From the NCBI GenBank assembly GCA_030390025.1, contig JASTWF010000034.1:124001-188000 (forward strand): a stretch of 64,000 bases of DNA, given 5' to 3'. This DNA comes from Squalus acanthias (lineage: Eukaryota). The position numbers and the translations under genes are program-made. Below, piece after piece: positions 31,850-45,564 of this stretch. Position 1 is the stretch's first letter. Every line of letters starts with the position of its first letter. Under the pieces are notes generated by a model. It did not search any database. It saw nothing but the letters and a program-made list of their open reading frames with translations, and was not told the DNA's origin.

Positions 31850-34605
31850 TGCGGCACAGAGCTGGAGAATCTACTAAACGGAGTGGCTTGCTAAACAGAG
31901 TGGTAAGGGGAATTTGGTGAGAATGGGAATTGGATGCTGAGGGAGAAGGAGGTGCTCAGTAATTTAAACCAAGGAGCAACAGTAAATAATAAATAATCGC
32001 ACCGGAGGACACCGAAAAAAGTGACGTCATAATCAACACACAGCAGAGCAAATTAATATAAGTATAATCGGTAAGAGCAGCGATATCCCTTTGTGTGTTT
32101 AGTCTCTTTAATGGTTAGTGTTAAGCTTGACTTAGTAAGGATTAATTAGTGCAAGTAAGTGTAAATCAAAGGAAAACGATAGAAACATAGAAACATAGAT
32201 AGGAGCAGGAGTAGGCCATTCGGCCCCTCGAGCCTGCTCCGCCATTCGATGAGATCATGGCTGATCATCCAAACTCAGTACCCTGTACCTGCCTTCTCCC
32301 CATATCCCTTGATACCTTTAGCTTTAAGAAATATATCTAACTCATTCTTGAATATATTTAATGACTTGGCCTCAACTACCTTCTGTGGTAGAGAATTCCA
32401 CAGGTTCACCAATCTCTGGGTGAAGAAATTCTTCCTCATTTCTGTCCTAAATGGCTTACCCCTTATCCTTAGATTATGACCCCTGGTTCTGGACTCTCCG
32501 ACCATCGGGAACATTCTTCCTGCATCTAGTTTGTCCAGACCTGTCAGTATTTTATATGTTTTGATGAGATCCCCTCTCATTCTTCTATACTCCAGCGAGT
32601 ATAAGCCCAATCGACCCAATCTCTCCACATATGTCATTCCTGCCATCCCAGGTATCAGCCTTGTGAATCTTCGCTGAACTCCTTCCATAGCAAGAACATC
32701 CGTCCTCAGATAAGGCGACCAAAACTGCACACAGTACTCAAGGTGTGGTGTAAGTGATTAAATTCTAACTGCTTTTAAAGACACTCATAACTGATAAATA
32801 GCGAAGTAATTAATCACAGTTCAAGAAATAAACTACAGATAACAATAAATAAATTCATTCATTCATTAATAAAGACCAGGCAGTGTGTCGGGATTGTAGT
32901 ATGTGGGAGTTTGTGAACAATGAGACTGTCCCAGATGCCACATCTGCAACAAATGTCTCTGCCTCATGACATTCCAGCTCAGAGTCAGTGAGCTGGAGTC
33001 CGAGCTCGAGACACTCCGACATATAAGGGAGGAGCAGGAATTACTGGATAATTTACTTGAGTACAGTCACACACCAGAAGAAAGCACAGGTGCAGGAAGG
33101 GGAGAGTGTGACTGTCAGTCAGCCGGGTAAAGGGAACGTGGAGAAGTGGTGAAGGAAGTCCAGCAGACACAAAGTACTCAATACCTGTGAGGATAAGGAG
33201 AAAGACTGCGAAGGACAGCTAGAATGCTGCCCAATGTACCATGGAACAGGAGGCTGTCCAAGGCATGGAGGAGCAGAGTGGAAATAACATAGAACACAAG
33301 AAACAGGAGCAGGAGTAGGCCAATCGGCCCCTCGAGCCTGCTCCGCCATTCAATAAGATCATGGCTGATCCAATCTTGGCCTCAACACCACTTTTCCGCT
33401 CTCTCCCCATAACCCTTGACTCCCTTGTAGTTCAAATGTCTGTCAATCTCCGCCTTGAATATATTCAATGACTCCGCCTCCACAGCTCTCTGGGGTAGAA
33501 AATTTCAAAGATTCACGACCTTCTGAGAGAAGAAATTCCTCCTCATCTCCGTCTTAAATGGGCGACCCCTTATTCTGAAACTATGCCCCCTAGCTCTAGA
33601 TACCCCCACCAGGGGAAACATCCTCTCAGCATCCACCCTGTCAATCCCCCTCAGAATCTTATATGTTTCAATAAGATTACCTCTCATTCTTCTAAACTCC
33701 AGTGAGTATAGGCTCAACCTGCTCAACCTTTCGTCATACGTCAACCCCTTCATCCCAGGAATTAACCTAGTGAACCTTCTCTGTACTGCCTCCAATGCAA
33801 GTATATCCTTCCTTAAATATGGAGACCAAAACTGTACGCAGTACTCCAGGTGCGGTCTCACCAGAACCCTGTAAAGTTGCATCAAAACTTCTCTACTTTT
33901 ATACTCCATACACCTTTCAATAAAGGCCAACATTCCATTAGCCTTCCTAATTACTTGCTGTACCTGCATGCTAACTTTTTGTGTTTCATGTACAAGGACC
34001 CCCAGATCCCTTTGTACCGCAGCATTTTGTAGTCTCACTCCATTTAAATAATAATTTGCTTTTTCATTCTTCCTTCCAAAGTGGATAACCTCACATTTTC
34101 CCACATTATACTCCATCTGCCAAATTTTTGCCCACTCACTTAACCTATCTATATCCCTTCGCAGACTCTTTGTGTCCTCCTCACAACTTGCTAACCCACC
34201 TATCTTTGTATCATCAGCAAATTTGGCTACAGTACACTCGGTCCCTTCATCCAAGTCATTAATATAGATTGCAAATAGTTGAGGCCCCAGCACTGATCCC
34301 TGTGGCACCCCACCAGTTACTGATTGCCAACCGGAAAATGACCCATTTATCCCGACTCTCTGTTTTCTGTTAGTTAGCCAATCCCCTATCCATGCCAAAA
34401 TATTACTCCCAACCCCATGTACTCTTATCTTGTGCAGTAACCTTTTATGTGGCACCTTATCGAATGTCTTCTGGAAACAATGCAGTATTGGGGATTCTAT
34501 AATTAGAAGGATAGTCTTTACTGTCAGGATCGAGAGTCCCGAAGGGTGTGTTGCCTTTCTGTTGTCAGGGTAATGGACATCTCAAAATGGCTGGAAAAGA
34601 ATCTG
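31850..34605 (+). mobile_element. Decayed CR1 5'UTR/ORF1 interrupted by two antisense CR1 3' fragments (about 32180-32750 and 33288-34475)
   Basis: C..CSMWE remnant at about 32885 and LGDSIIR at about 34487. Minus-strand RT ORFs 32275-32730 and 33505-34455. Confidence 0.75.
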
Positions 34606-36878
34606 GACACCAAATCCAGGGACCACGTACATTGTGACACCAAATGAGGGACCACTTTCACTGAGACTATAAATGGAAATCAGAGAGCCTCAGTATGGAG
34701 AATGGTCATGGTGGTGAAAACTGCTCTAGTGAGGGTGAAAGGCAGGTAATGGATGAAGATATGACGGCGGAATCAGATGGTGACAGGTTATTTTCAGAAA
34801 CCCTTTTCAAGCAGGCTGATGATTGGGATGTAACCAGCCCAACACCTGGATCCGCCTGTTCTTGTCCCCAAATCCCAAAGTCTAATGTCCCTGATTTATT
34901 TTTCTGTGAGAAATGTAGAGATGTGAAAGAAGGGAAAAAATCAGGCTTGGGCCAGAGAGAAGGTTCCTTGAATGAACAATTCATGAGGCTGTTTTGTGAC
35001 TCGTCTGTGTGAGGTTAAAAAACATGACATGAAAAAAGATGTGTCCAGTGACACTGGTGTTGTTAATAGTGGTTTCAAACCCTAATCACTGTCTCCTAAG
35101 CCTAACCTCCAACTGACTACCCCCAACCACTAACCCCAATCCTAACCAATAACTACTAGCCCCAACCACTAACCCCAATCCTAACCAATAACCACTAGCC
35201 CCAATCACTAACCCCAATCCTAACCAATAACCACTAGCCCCAACCACTAACCCCAATCCTGACCAATAACCACTAGCCCCAACCACTAACCCCAATCCTA
35301 ACCAATAACCACTAACCCCAACCACTAACCCCAATCCTAACCAATAACCACTAGCCCCAACCACTAACCCCAATCCTGACCAATAACCACTAGCCCCAAC
35401 CACTAACCCCAATCCTAACCAATAACCACAATCCCCAACCACTAACCCCAATCCTAACCAATAACTACTAGCCCCAACCACTAACCCCAATCCTGACCAA
35501 TAACCACTAGCACCAACCACTAACCCCAATCCTAACCAATAACTACTAGCCCCAACCACTAATTCCAATCCTAACCAATAACCAATAGCCCCAACCACTA
35601 ACCCCAATCCTGACCAATAACCACTAGCACCAACCACTAACCCCAATCCTAACCAATAACCACTAGCCCCAACCACTAACCCCAATCCTAACCAATAACT
35701 ACTAGCCCCAACCACTAACCCCAATCCTGACCAATAACCACTAGCCCCAACCACTAACCCCAATCCTGACCAATAACCACTAGCCCCAACCACTAACCCC
35801 AATCCTAACCAATAACCACTAGCCCCAACCACTAACCCCAATCCTGACCAATAACCACTAGCCCCAACCACTAACCCCAATCCTAACCAATAACCACTAG
35901 CCCCAACCACTAACCCCAATCCTAACCAATAACCACTAGCCCCAACCACTAACCCCAATCCTAACCAATAACCACTAGCCCCAACCACTAACCCCAATCC
36001 TAACCAATAACCACTACCCCTAACCACGAACCCCTAAACCTACACCTTAATCCCAGCCCCTAACCCTAACCCCAGCCCCATACCAAGGATTATTGACAGG
36101 GATCAATGGAGGAGCTAAAGATCTGATAATGGAAGTATTAAAACAATTATCTCGATTAAAGAAATAGTGCAAGGTATGTTAGTAACAAGAGATTAAATCA
36201 ATGAGACCATTAAGCTCAGAAATTACTATTACAAAGATCAGAACCTTTCAAAGTTTATCACGTGCAGTACGTGTGGAGGAGTTTTACTAACTCGAATCCA
36301 CAAAGGGTTAAATGATACAGATAATAACAGATTTCAAATCTTATGCAAGATACTTCTATAAAGCTATGGTTGAAAGGAATTGCAGCTGAGTGTACTCTTT
36401 TGTGCAAAGAAATAAACTGTAACTTAACTTAAAACATTAAAGGAAACTTAATAATTTAATTTACAGTTCATTACCTGTGGTGATAATGCACTCCAGTCCC
36501 TGTGGTGTGCAGATGAGTGTAATTGAGACACTACAGTTCAGTCTATGACACCCACAAGTCGTGTACTCAAACGGAACAAGCTTGGGTTTGATGTGGTAGA
36601 AGGTGAATTAGATGAGAACGGAAATAATCTAGAGTAAGAAAAGGCCCAAAAATTAAACAGTCGGTAACAGAACATCAATTAGTCTTCTCTTCTCATGGAG
36701 AAATCAAATATTTGACATACTGTGTGTTTGAAACAAAGCTGATTTATTCACTATTTATACAGAATATTAATCTTCAATGCAGGTACAGGGGTTATTAAGA
36801 TCAGCAGAAACAAACCATAACTGCTGGAATGAACATGGTTCAGTCCTCAATCTGATCACAGTAAATCATGTTCTATTC
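34606..36878 (+). repeat. Segmental duplication copy B
   Basis: Colinear with 26540-28995. Confidence 0.85.
35110..36080. repeat. 39-bp telomere-like minisatellite, about 23 copies
   Basis: Same unit as 27146-27890. Ends in ccctaaccctaacccc. Confidence 0.93.
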
Positions 36879-38487
36879 TGAGAGAAATGGGTTTCGATTT
36901 GTGGGGCACTGGCACCAGTACTGGGATAAGAGGGAGCTGTTCCATTTGGACGGGCTTCACTTGAACCATGCTGGGGCTAGAGTCCTGGGAAATCGAATAA
37001 CTAGGGTTGTAGAGAGAGCTTTAAACTAAATAGTGGGGAGGAGGGTCCAGGTGAGCGGAAATTTAAAAAGTCAATGAGAAATGAGAAAGCAATAGAGCAG
37101 GATAGAGATAGGGGAAATAATAACCAGAGTGTGACAGGAAGGGACAGAATGTTTAAAAATAAGAGTGCAACAGAAAATGGGGCCAAAACCAGGAGAAATG
37201 GTAAAAAGACAAAGTTAAACGCTCTATATCTGAATGCATGCAGCATTTGTAACAAGATAGATGAGTTGATGGCACAAATAGATACAAATGGGTATGATCT
37301 GATCGCCATTACAGAGACGTGGTTGCAAGGTGACCTGGGCTGGGAACTGAATATTCCAGGGTATTTGACAATTCGGAAGGATAGACAGAAAGGAAAGGGA
37401 GGTGGGTGGCTTTGTTGGTAAAGGATGGGATCAGTGCAGTGTTGAGAAGTGATATTGGCTCAGAAGATCAATATGTAGAATCGGTTTGGGTGGAGATAAA
37501 AAATAATAAGGGGAAAAAGTCTCTGGTGGGCGTAGTCAACAGGCCCCCGAACTGTAGCAATACTGTTGGACAGAGTATATATCAACAAATAATGCAGGCC
37601 TGTAAAAAAGGTACGGTAATGCAGTGGGGAAAGAGTTAAACTGACATCGCTGGCAGTCTCACTGAATGGTGTAATAAAGACAATAATCTAATAGGCCTTT
37701 GCAGCAGTAAGCTTTTTTTAAATTGCTGAACTGGCAGTTGAGATAACTTAAGATAACTGGAACCCTAAGAGGCCGAGAGGATGTAAGTCCTGTTCTGGCA
37801 GGAAGGTAAAACAATGAGTTGGAAGTAAAGAGGCCGAGAGAGGCAGGAAAGGAGGACAATGAGTCAGAAGTACAATGTTGATGAGACCCCATTTGGCATA
37901 AACATAGGTCAGAGGTGCAACAACAGCTTGTGGGATAACGGACATATACTTTTCCGATAATAAAGGCAGCCCTTTAATGTAACGCAGTATAGGCAACCAA
38001 TCAGTGAAGATGCATGCGGGCCAATGTCCAATCAGGTGGCAGGAATGAATTTTGCATCAGCTGGACATGTGTATTGTAATGTATAAAAATGTAGTGTTTG
38101 CTGTAACAATTTGGAGAGGTCTGGCTAAGACAGAGTAGGCTGTCTCCCCACCGGTGTAATAAAGACGACTTGATTATCGATCCGAAAACCTTGTGTCCAG
38201 TGTTGGTTTAAAATAAGCCACAACAATTGGCGTCACGAACAGAATCCACACGGACAGGAGGCACGGGCGAGTGAAGCTGAGCCAAAAACGTGAGTACTTT
38301 TAAATACCACGTACAGTTAGGGCAAGGCAACACCGTCTCGTGTCCACTGCCCCCTTTGGAATCAAAGAACTAAAAGGTTTGAATCGATAAGTCAAGCGGT
38401 CTTGGGGTTAGGGTGAAACACGCGGAAGTATGGGCGTGGTATGAGTTGCAAGTAGTGCGTTAACTTTGGAGTAAAAGTCTAAAGCAT

Positions 38488-38800
38488 ACCTCTGACACAA
38501 ATTGTTGCAAGTATGGTCTCACTCTGCGAGAGTAAGTAAGAGAGGTACCTCTGACAACAAATTGTTGCAAGTACTGTCTCACTCTGCGAGAGTAAGTAAG
38601 GGAGGTACCTCTGACAACTGTGGTTGCAAGTACGGTCTCACTCTGCGAGAGTAAGTAAGGGAGGTACCTCTGACAACTGTGGTTGCAAGTACGGTCTCAC
38701 TCTGCGAGAGTAAGTAAGGGAGGTACCTCTGACAATTGTGGTTGCAAGTACGGTCTCACTCTGCGAGAGTAAAGTAAGGGACGTGCCGCTGACAACAATT
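38488..38800 (+). repeat. About 59-bp tandem repeat in the ERV leader (about 5 copies; about 3 at 42650-42845)
   Basis: Unit ggaggtacctctgacaactgtggttgcaagtacggtctcactctgcgagagtaagtaag. Confidence 0.85.
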
Positions 38801-41800
38801 AACCATGGGAAGTGAAAAACTCGAGTGTGGACCGGTGGGGTCTCTGACACGCTATTTAGCGGACAAAAATAAAAGATTCATTGACAAAATGGTTAAAAAC
38901 GATTGGCAACCGAACGACCCACCGGCCAAACAAAGAGAATGGTGGGCTAAAGAAACAACATTAAAGGAAGAAAAGGCCATCATTTTAGTGGCTCGCGCAT
39001 ATTATGAGTTGAGTAGACGGACTCGAATTTGGACCAAAAACGGGTGTCCACGGTGAAATTCTGGTTGGTGTAAATTTGTGTAGACCGCATTGAATAAGAT
39101 ATTTAATGGTCTGAAACCAGACTTTAAAATATTTACAGTCTTGGATATAGCGAACGGGTTCTGGTCCATACCATTGGCAGAGGAATCACAAGGGAAATTC
39201 ACCGTTACTGTCAGGGATAGACAGGAGACATGGACCAGGGTCCCGCAGGGGTTCCACAATAGTCCAAATATATTCCACGGTGTACTGAGTCAAGCCTTAG
39301 ACGAGTTAGACCTATCAAAGTACCAGAGCACCCTACTCCAGTTTGTCGATGACATAATGATTGCATCAGAGGATGCCAAAGGACACATGGGAGCATTACT
39401 AGTCACCCTCCAGACACTTAAGAAATCTGGCTTTAAATTGAACCCAAAAAAAAGGCACAGGTTGGACTGTCCAAAGTAAAGTATCTAGGGCACGAAATTA
39501 GCCAGGGGTATAAGGCACTCCCGCAGGAACGAAAGGCAGCCATAAAAGACATGCCAAGGCCAGTGACTGTCCGGGGAGTAAGGAAAGTGTTGGGACTATT
39601 TAACTACTGCAGGAATTTTATATCAGACTTTGCAGGGAAAGCAGAGCCGATTCAACGGTTAGTTAAAGGGGGGAGACCCGCCACGGATAAGATAGAATGG
39701 GAATCGGAGCAGGACGAGGCTTATGCAGGATTGCCAAATATAGTCAAACCATTCCATATATACTATAGTATAGACGGGAACTTCTATAATGCCGTAGTCA
39801 CCCAAGAGTACGGGGGAGATAGGAGGCCGATTGCCTATTACTCCACCCAACAAACCCCCGTGGCTAAAGGAATGGTGAGATGCGTGGCGAACCTCGACTG
39901 CGCCGCATGGGCGGTGCGGATATGCGAGCCCGTCACTATGCCAGGACAGCTGATATTACACACTGGTTGGGCAGTAGTATCTGAGAACGGAGAAACAGTC
40001 GCAAAGGGAGGGCTTGAAGGAGGAACCTCAGCGCAGGTAGCAGAACTAGTGGCTCTCATGGAAGCATGAAATTGGCAAAAGGAAAACGAGTAAATATATA
40101 TACAGACAGTAGATATGCATTTGGGGTAGTACATGATTATATGATAGCGTGGAATAGGAGAGGATATGTAACCTCCGGAGGAGGACAAATACAGCATGAG
40201 GAGGTAGTGAGAGACCGAGTAGAAGCAGTAAAAGGAGCAGAAGAGGTAGCAGTGATTAAAATAAAGGCACACCGCAAGATAGCGAGCGAGCAACAAAAAG
40301 GAAATATGCTAGCTGATCAGGCAGCAAGAGCAGCAGCGGACACAGAGATGCCTACACCAATAGCAGCAGCTAGAGTAACAGCAGAGGAAGTGAACATTAA
40401 AAGAATCCAAGAGGAGACTGAAATGGAGGAGCAGGAGCAGTGGACAAAGAGAGGCGCAGCCAAAGGTAGAGATGGAATATGGAAAAAGGATCACAGGGTA
40501 GTAGCCCCTCGCTGTATCCAGGAGAATTTGTTGAAAATATACCATGGGCCAGACCATGGGGGGCGGAATGGCATGACAGGTAGGCTAAGTATAGATTGGT
40601 GGTGGAGTGGAATGGGACAAGATGTGGCAAGATACTGCAGACGCTGCATCATCTGTGGACAGCACAACCCGGGTAGGCCCATAAAGGTTAGAATGGCCCA
40701 CCAGCCACGACCCAAAGGCCCCTGGTAAAACTTCCAGATAGACTTTACTGGACCCCTACCTAACAGTAGAGGGAAGAAATACTGTTTAGTGATCATAGAC
40801 CAGTTTACAAGGTGGGTGGAAGCATTCCCTACCAGAGACTGTAGTGCTCAGACTGTGGCCCGAATATTTGCATATGACGTGATACCGAGATGGGGGGGTC
40901 CCGTTGCAAATAGATTCAGATCAAGGTACCCACTTTATGGGAAAGGCACACTTACGATATGCCCACATCCGGTAGGAGAAGGCCCTAAGGATGAGTGCGG
41001 CTATAATAAGACAGAGGGGTGTGTGTTGGAATTATCACATGTTGATTACCATCACACCCGCTCGGGATATAGAGGCGAAGGGGAGTATTGCATAGCCACC
41101 ACAGAGACTGAGTACCAATATAGTAACCTTGTATGTGCAATCACAATGCCTAACTTCTGCTTTACGCCAAAAATCCCTGTGACAATTGGACACACCAGAT
41201 TGGTGTATGTACATTCGAGGGAGGAGATAAAACTAAATGTGCCAGATAGTCTAAAGGACGAGTTGGTTAATTAGGAAGATCCGTAGGGGCCCCAATACCC
41301 CGCCTGCAAGAGGATCTGCAAGAAATGAAAGAGGATTTAAGTAAGATGGTGAAACAATACATAGTGTTACAAAGGAATCTTGGGGAATTAGAAAAGGACA
41401 TAGAGGTAGAGCTACAGGAAGTCCTGTGGTATGAGAAGCAGTGGGATTGGGGAATGAATGTCAACATACACCCATGGATCCGCATCATTTCTTATATATT
41501 AGTGATAGTACAGTTAGTCATGGCTATAGGAAGGGGAATAGCAGCATGCGCCGCTTGTAAAAAGAAACGGACCAAACAAAGAGCTAAAGCGAGTCGGAAA
41601 GAGCTGGAAAACACAAGTTTGCTCTAAACATGATGGGTATGCAGGGCCTCCCGAACCAGCGACTGATCACCGCATGGGGCAGGAGGCACAGCGATGCTTA
41701 TACATGTGGTTTAACTTGGGCAAGGGCCAAGTACCAAAAGGGGGGATTGCAGTGGGGAAAGAGTTAAACTGACATCGCTGGCAGTTTCACTGAATGGTGT

Positions 41801-42352
41801 AATAAAGACAATAATCTAATAGGCCTTTGCAGCAGTAAGCTTTTTCTAAATTGCTGAACTGGCAGCTGAGATAACTTAAGATGACTGGAACCCTAAGAGG
41901 CTGAGAGGATGTAAGTCCTGTTCTGGCAGGAAGGTAAAGCAATGGGTTAGAAGTAAAGAGGCTGAGAGGCAGGAAAGGAGGACAATGAGTCAGAAGTACA
42001 ATGTTGATGAGACCCCATTTGGCATAAACAAAGGTCAGAGGTGCAACAACAGCTTGTGGGATAATGGACATATACTTTTCCGATAATAAAGGCGGTACTT
42101 TAATGTAACGCGGCATAGGCAACCAATCAGTGAAGATGCATGCGGGCCAAGGTCCAATCAGGTGGCAGGAATGAATTTTGCATCAGCTGGACATGTGTAT
42201 TGTAATGTATAAAAATGTAGTGTTTGCTGGAACAATGTGGAGAGGTCTGGCGAAGTTGAGTAGGCTGTCTCCCCACCGGTGTAATAAAAACGACTTTATT
42301 ATCGATCCAAAAACCTTGTGTCCAGTGTTGGTTTAAAATAAGCCACAACAAT

Positions 42353-42370
42353 TGGCGTCACGAACAGGAT
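42353..42370 (+). other. Primer binding site, tRNA-Ser(CGA)-like
   Basis: TGGCGTCACGAACAGGAT, 2 nt after LTR2, is complementary to a vertebrate tRNA-Ser(CGA) 3' end as recalled (ATCCTGTTCGTGACG-CCA). Copy with one mismatch at 38228-38245. Confidence 0.75.
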
Positions 42371-45300
42371 CCACACGGACAGGAGGCACGGGCGAGTGAA
42401 GCTGAGCCAAAAACGTGAGTACTTTTAAATACCACGTACAGTTAGGGCAAGGCAACACCGTCTCGTGTCCACTGCCCCCTTTGGAATCAAAGAACTAAAA
42501 GGTTTGAATCGATAAGTCAAGCGGTCTTGGGGTTAGGGTGAAACGCGCGGAAGTATAAGCGTGGTATGAGTTGCAAGTAGTGCGTTAACTTTGGAGTAAA
42601 AGTCTAAAGCATACCTCTGACAACTTGAGTTGCAAGTAGTGCTAAGCATACCTTTGACAACAAATTGTTGCAAGTATGGTCTCACTCTGCGAGAGTAAGT
42701 AAGGGAGGTACGTCTGACAATTGTGGTTGCAAGTACGGTCTCACTCTGTGAGAGTAAAGTAAGGGAGGTACGTCTGACAATTGTGGTTGCAAGTACGGTC
42801 TCACTCTGCGAGAGTAAAGTAAGGGACGTGCCGCTGACAACAATTAACCATGGGAAGTGAAAAACTCGAGTGGGGACCGGTGGGGTCTCTGACACGCTAT
42901 TTAGCGGACAAAAATAAAAGATTCATTGACAAAATGGTTAAAAACGATTGGCAACCGAACGACCCACCGGCAAAACAAAGAGAATGGTGGGCTAAAGAAA
43001 CAACATTAAAGGAAGAAAAGGCCATCATTTTAGTGGCTCGCGCATATTATGAGTTGAGTAGACGGACTCGAATTTGGACCAAAAACGGGTGTCCACACTG
43101 TGCCCGAGTACCAGTAATTTAAGAAAGGGAATAAGGAAAAAATTAAAGTTTTATCGACACAGATGCTATCAGCTTCTGTCCAAAACAAGTAAAATACCTG
43201 AGTGAAAGGAATCTTAAAAGGAATGCTGGAATCTCAGTTTGTGTGAAAGTGTGTGTTAAAAGTGTGGAAGTTTTCTGTCTTTGAAAGAAAATATCTGTTG
43301 TGTTTGCTTTAGCTCCACCCACTCTTTTGTACAGAGAGCTAAAAGCTGTTTAACCCTTTGAAGACTTGTCTTGAATGATGGACAAGCGTGTGTTGTTTTA
43401 AGTTTGTTAATTGTTTTACCAAAGATAAGCTTCAGCCTTGAAGTCACAGTTGCCAATGTGCCTGGAAGAAAATGAAGCTATGGTTTCTTTTTTTTTCAAG
43501 TGATACTGGTTAGTTTAAAAAAAATTGATCTGGATTGGATTGAAGTTATGAGGTTAATTAATCTATTAAAACCAGACTTTTATTGTGGCCACGGTGAAAT
43601 TCTGGTTGGTGTAAATTTGTGTAGACCGCATTGAATAAGATATTTAATGGTCTGAAACCAGACTTTAAAATATTTACAGTCTTGATATAGCGAACGGGTT
43701 CTGGTCCATACCATTGGCAGAGGAATCACAAGGGAAATTCACCTTTACTGTCAGGGATAGACAGGAGACATGGACCAGGGTCCCGCAGGGGTTCCACAAT
43801 AGTCCAAATATATTCCACGGTGTACTGAGTCAAGCCTTAGACGAGTTAGACCTATCAAAGTACCAGAGCACCCTACTCCAGTTTGTCGATGACATAATGA
43901 TTGCATCAGAGGATGCCAAAGGACACATGGGAGCATTACTAGTCACCCTCCAGACACTTAAGAAATCTGGCTTTAAATTGAACCCAAAAAAAAGGCACAG
44001 GTTGGACTGTCCAAAGTAAAGTATCTAGGGCACGAAATTAGCCAGGGGTATAAGGCACTCCCGCAGGAACGAAAGGCAGCCATAAAAGACATGCCAAGGC
44101 CAGTGACCGTCCGGGGAGTAAGGAAAGTGTTGGGACTATTTAACTACTGCAGGAATTTTATATCAGACTTTGCAGGGAAAGCAGAGCCGATTCAATGGTT
44201 AGTTAAAGGGGGGAGACCCGCCACGGATAAGATAGAATGGGAATCGGAGCAGGACGAGGCTTATGCAGGATTGCCAAATATAGTCAAACCATTGCATATA
44301 TACTATAGTATAGACGGGAACTTCTATAATGCCGTAGTCACCCAAGAGTACGGGGGAGATATGAGGCCGATTGCCTATTACTCCACCCAACAAACCCCCG
44401 TGGCTAAAGGAATGGTGAGATGCGTGGCGAACCTCGACTGCGCCGCATGGGCGGTGCGGATATGCGAGCCCGTCACTATGCCAGGACAGCTGATATTACA
44501 CACTGGTTGGGCAGTAGTATCTGAGAACGGAGAAACAGTCGCAAAGGGAGGGCTTGAAGGAGGAACCTCAGCGCAGGTAGCAGAACTAGTGGCTCTCATG
44601 GAAGCATGAAATTGGCAAAAGGAAAACGAGTAAATATATATACAGACAGTAGATATGCATTTGGGGTAGTACATGATTATATGATAGCGTGGAATAGGAG
44701 AGGATATGTAACCTCTGGAGGAGGACAAATACAGCATGAGGAGGTAGTGAGAGACCGAGTAGAAGCAGTAAAAGGAGCAGAAGAGGTAGCAGTGATTAAA
44801 ATAAAGGCACACCTGCAAGATAGCGAGCGAGCAACAAAAAGGAAATATGCTAGCTGATCAGGCAGCAAGAGCAGCAGCGGACACAGAGATGCCTACACCA
44901 ATAGCAGCAGGTAGAGTAACAGCAGAGGAAGTGCACATTAAAAGAATCCAAGAGGAGACCGAAATGGAGGAGCAGGAGCAGTGGACAAAGAGAGGTGCAG
45001 CCAAAGGTAGAGATGGAATATGGAAAAAGGATCACAGGGTAGTAGCCCCTCGCTGTATTCAGGAGAATTTGTTGAAAATATACCATGAGCCAGACCATGG
45101 GGGGCGGAATGGCATGACAGGTAGGCTAAGTATAGATTGGTGGTGGAGTGGAATGGGACAAGATGTGGCAAGATACTGCAGACGCTGCATCATCTGTGGA
45201 CAGCACAACCCGGGTAGGCCCATAAAGGTTAGAATGGCCCACCAGCCACGACCCAAAGGCCCCTGGTAAAACTTCCAGATAGACTTTACTGGACCCCTAC

Positions 45301-45564
45301 CTAACAGTAGAGGGAAGAAATACTGTTTAGTGATTATAGACCAGTTTACAAGGTGGGTGGAAGCATTCCCTACCAGAGACTGTAGTGCTCAGTCTGTGGC
45401 CCGAATATTTGCATATGACGTGATACCGAGATGGGGGGGGTCCCGTTGCAAATAGATTCAGATCAAGGTACCCACTTTATGGGAAAGGCACACTTACGAT
45501 ATGCCCACATCCGGTAGGAGAAGGCCCTAAGGATGAGTGAGGCTATAATAAGACAGAGGGGTGT

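Noticed and set aside
35086..36027. 313-aa (GASGYWLGLGLVV)n ORF resembling a structural protein
   Set aside because: Translation of the 39-bp telomere-like minisatellite, with no signal peptide or gene context.
39090..39479. Assignment of the LTR element to Gypsy or lokiretroviruses
   Set aside because: RT reads VPQGF and RNase H reads SAQVAEL/YTDSRYAF, typical of true retroviruses rather than PFG-type RTs. Exact clade needs a phylogeny.
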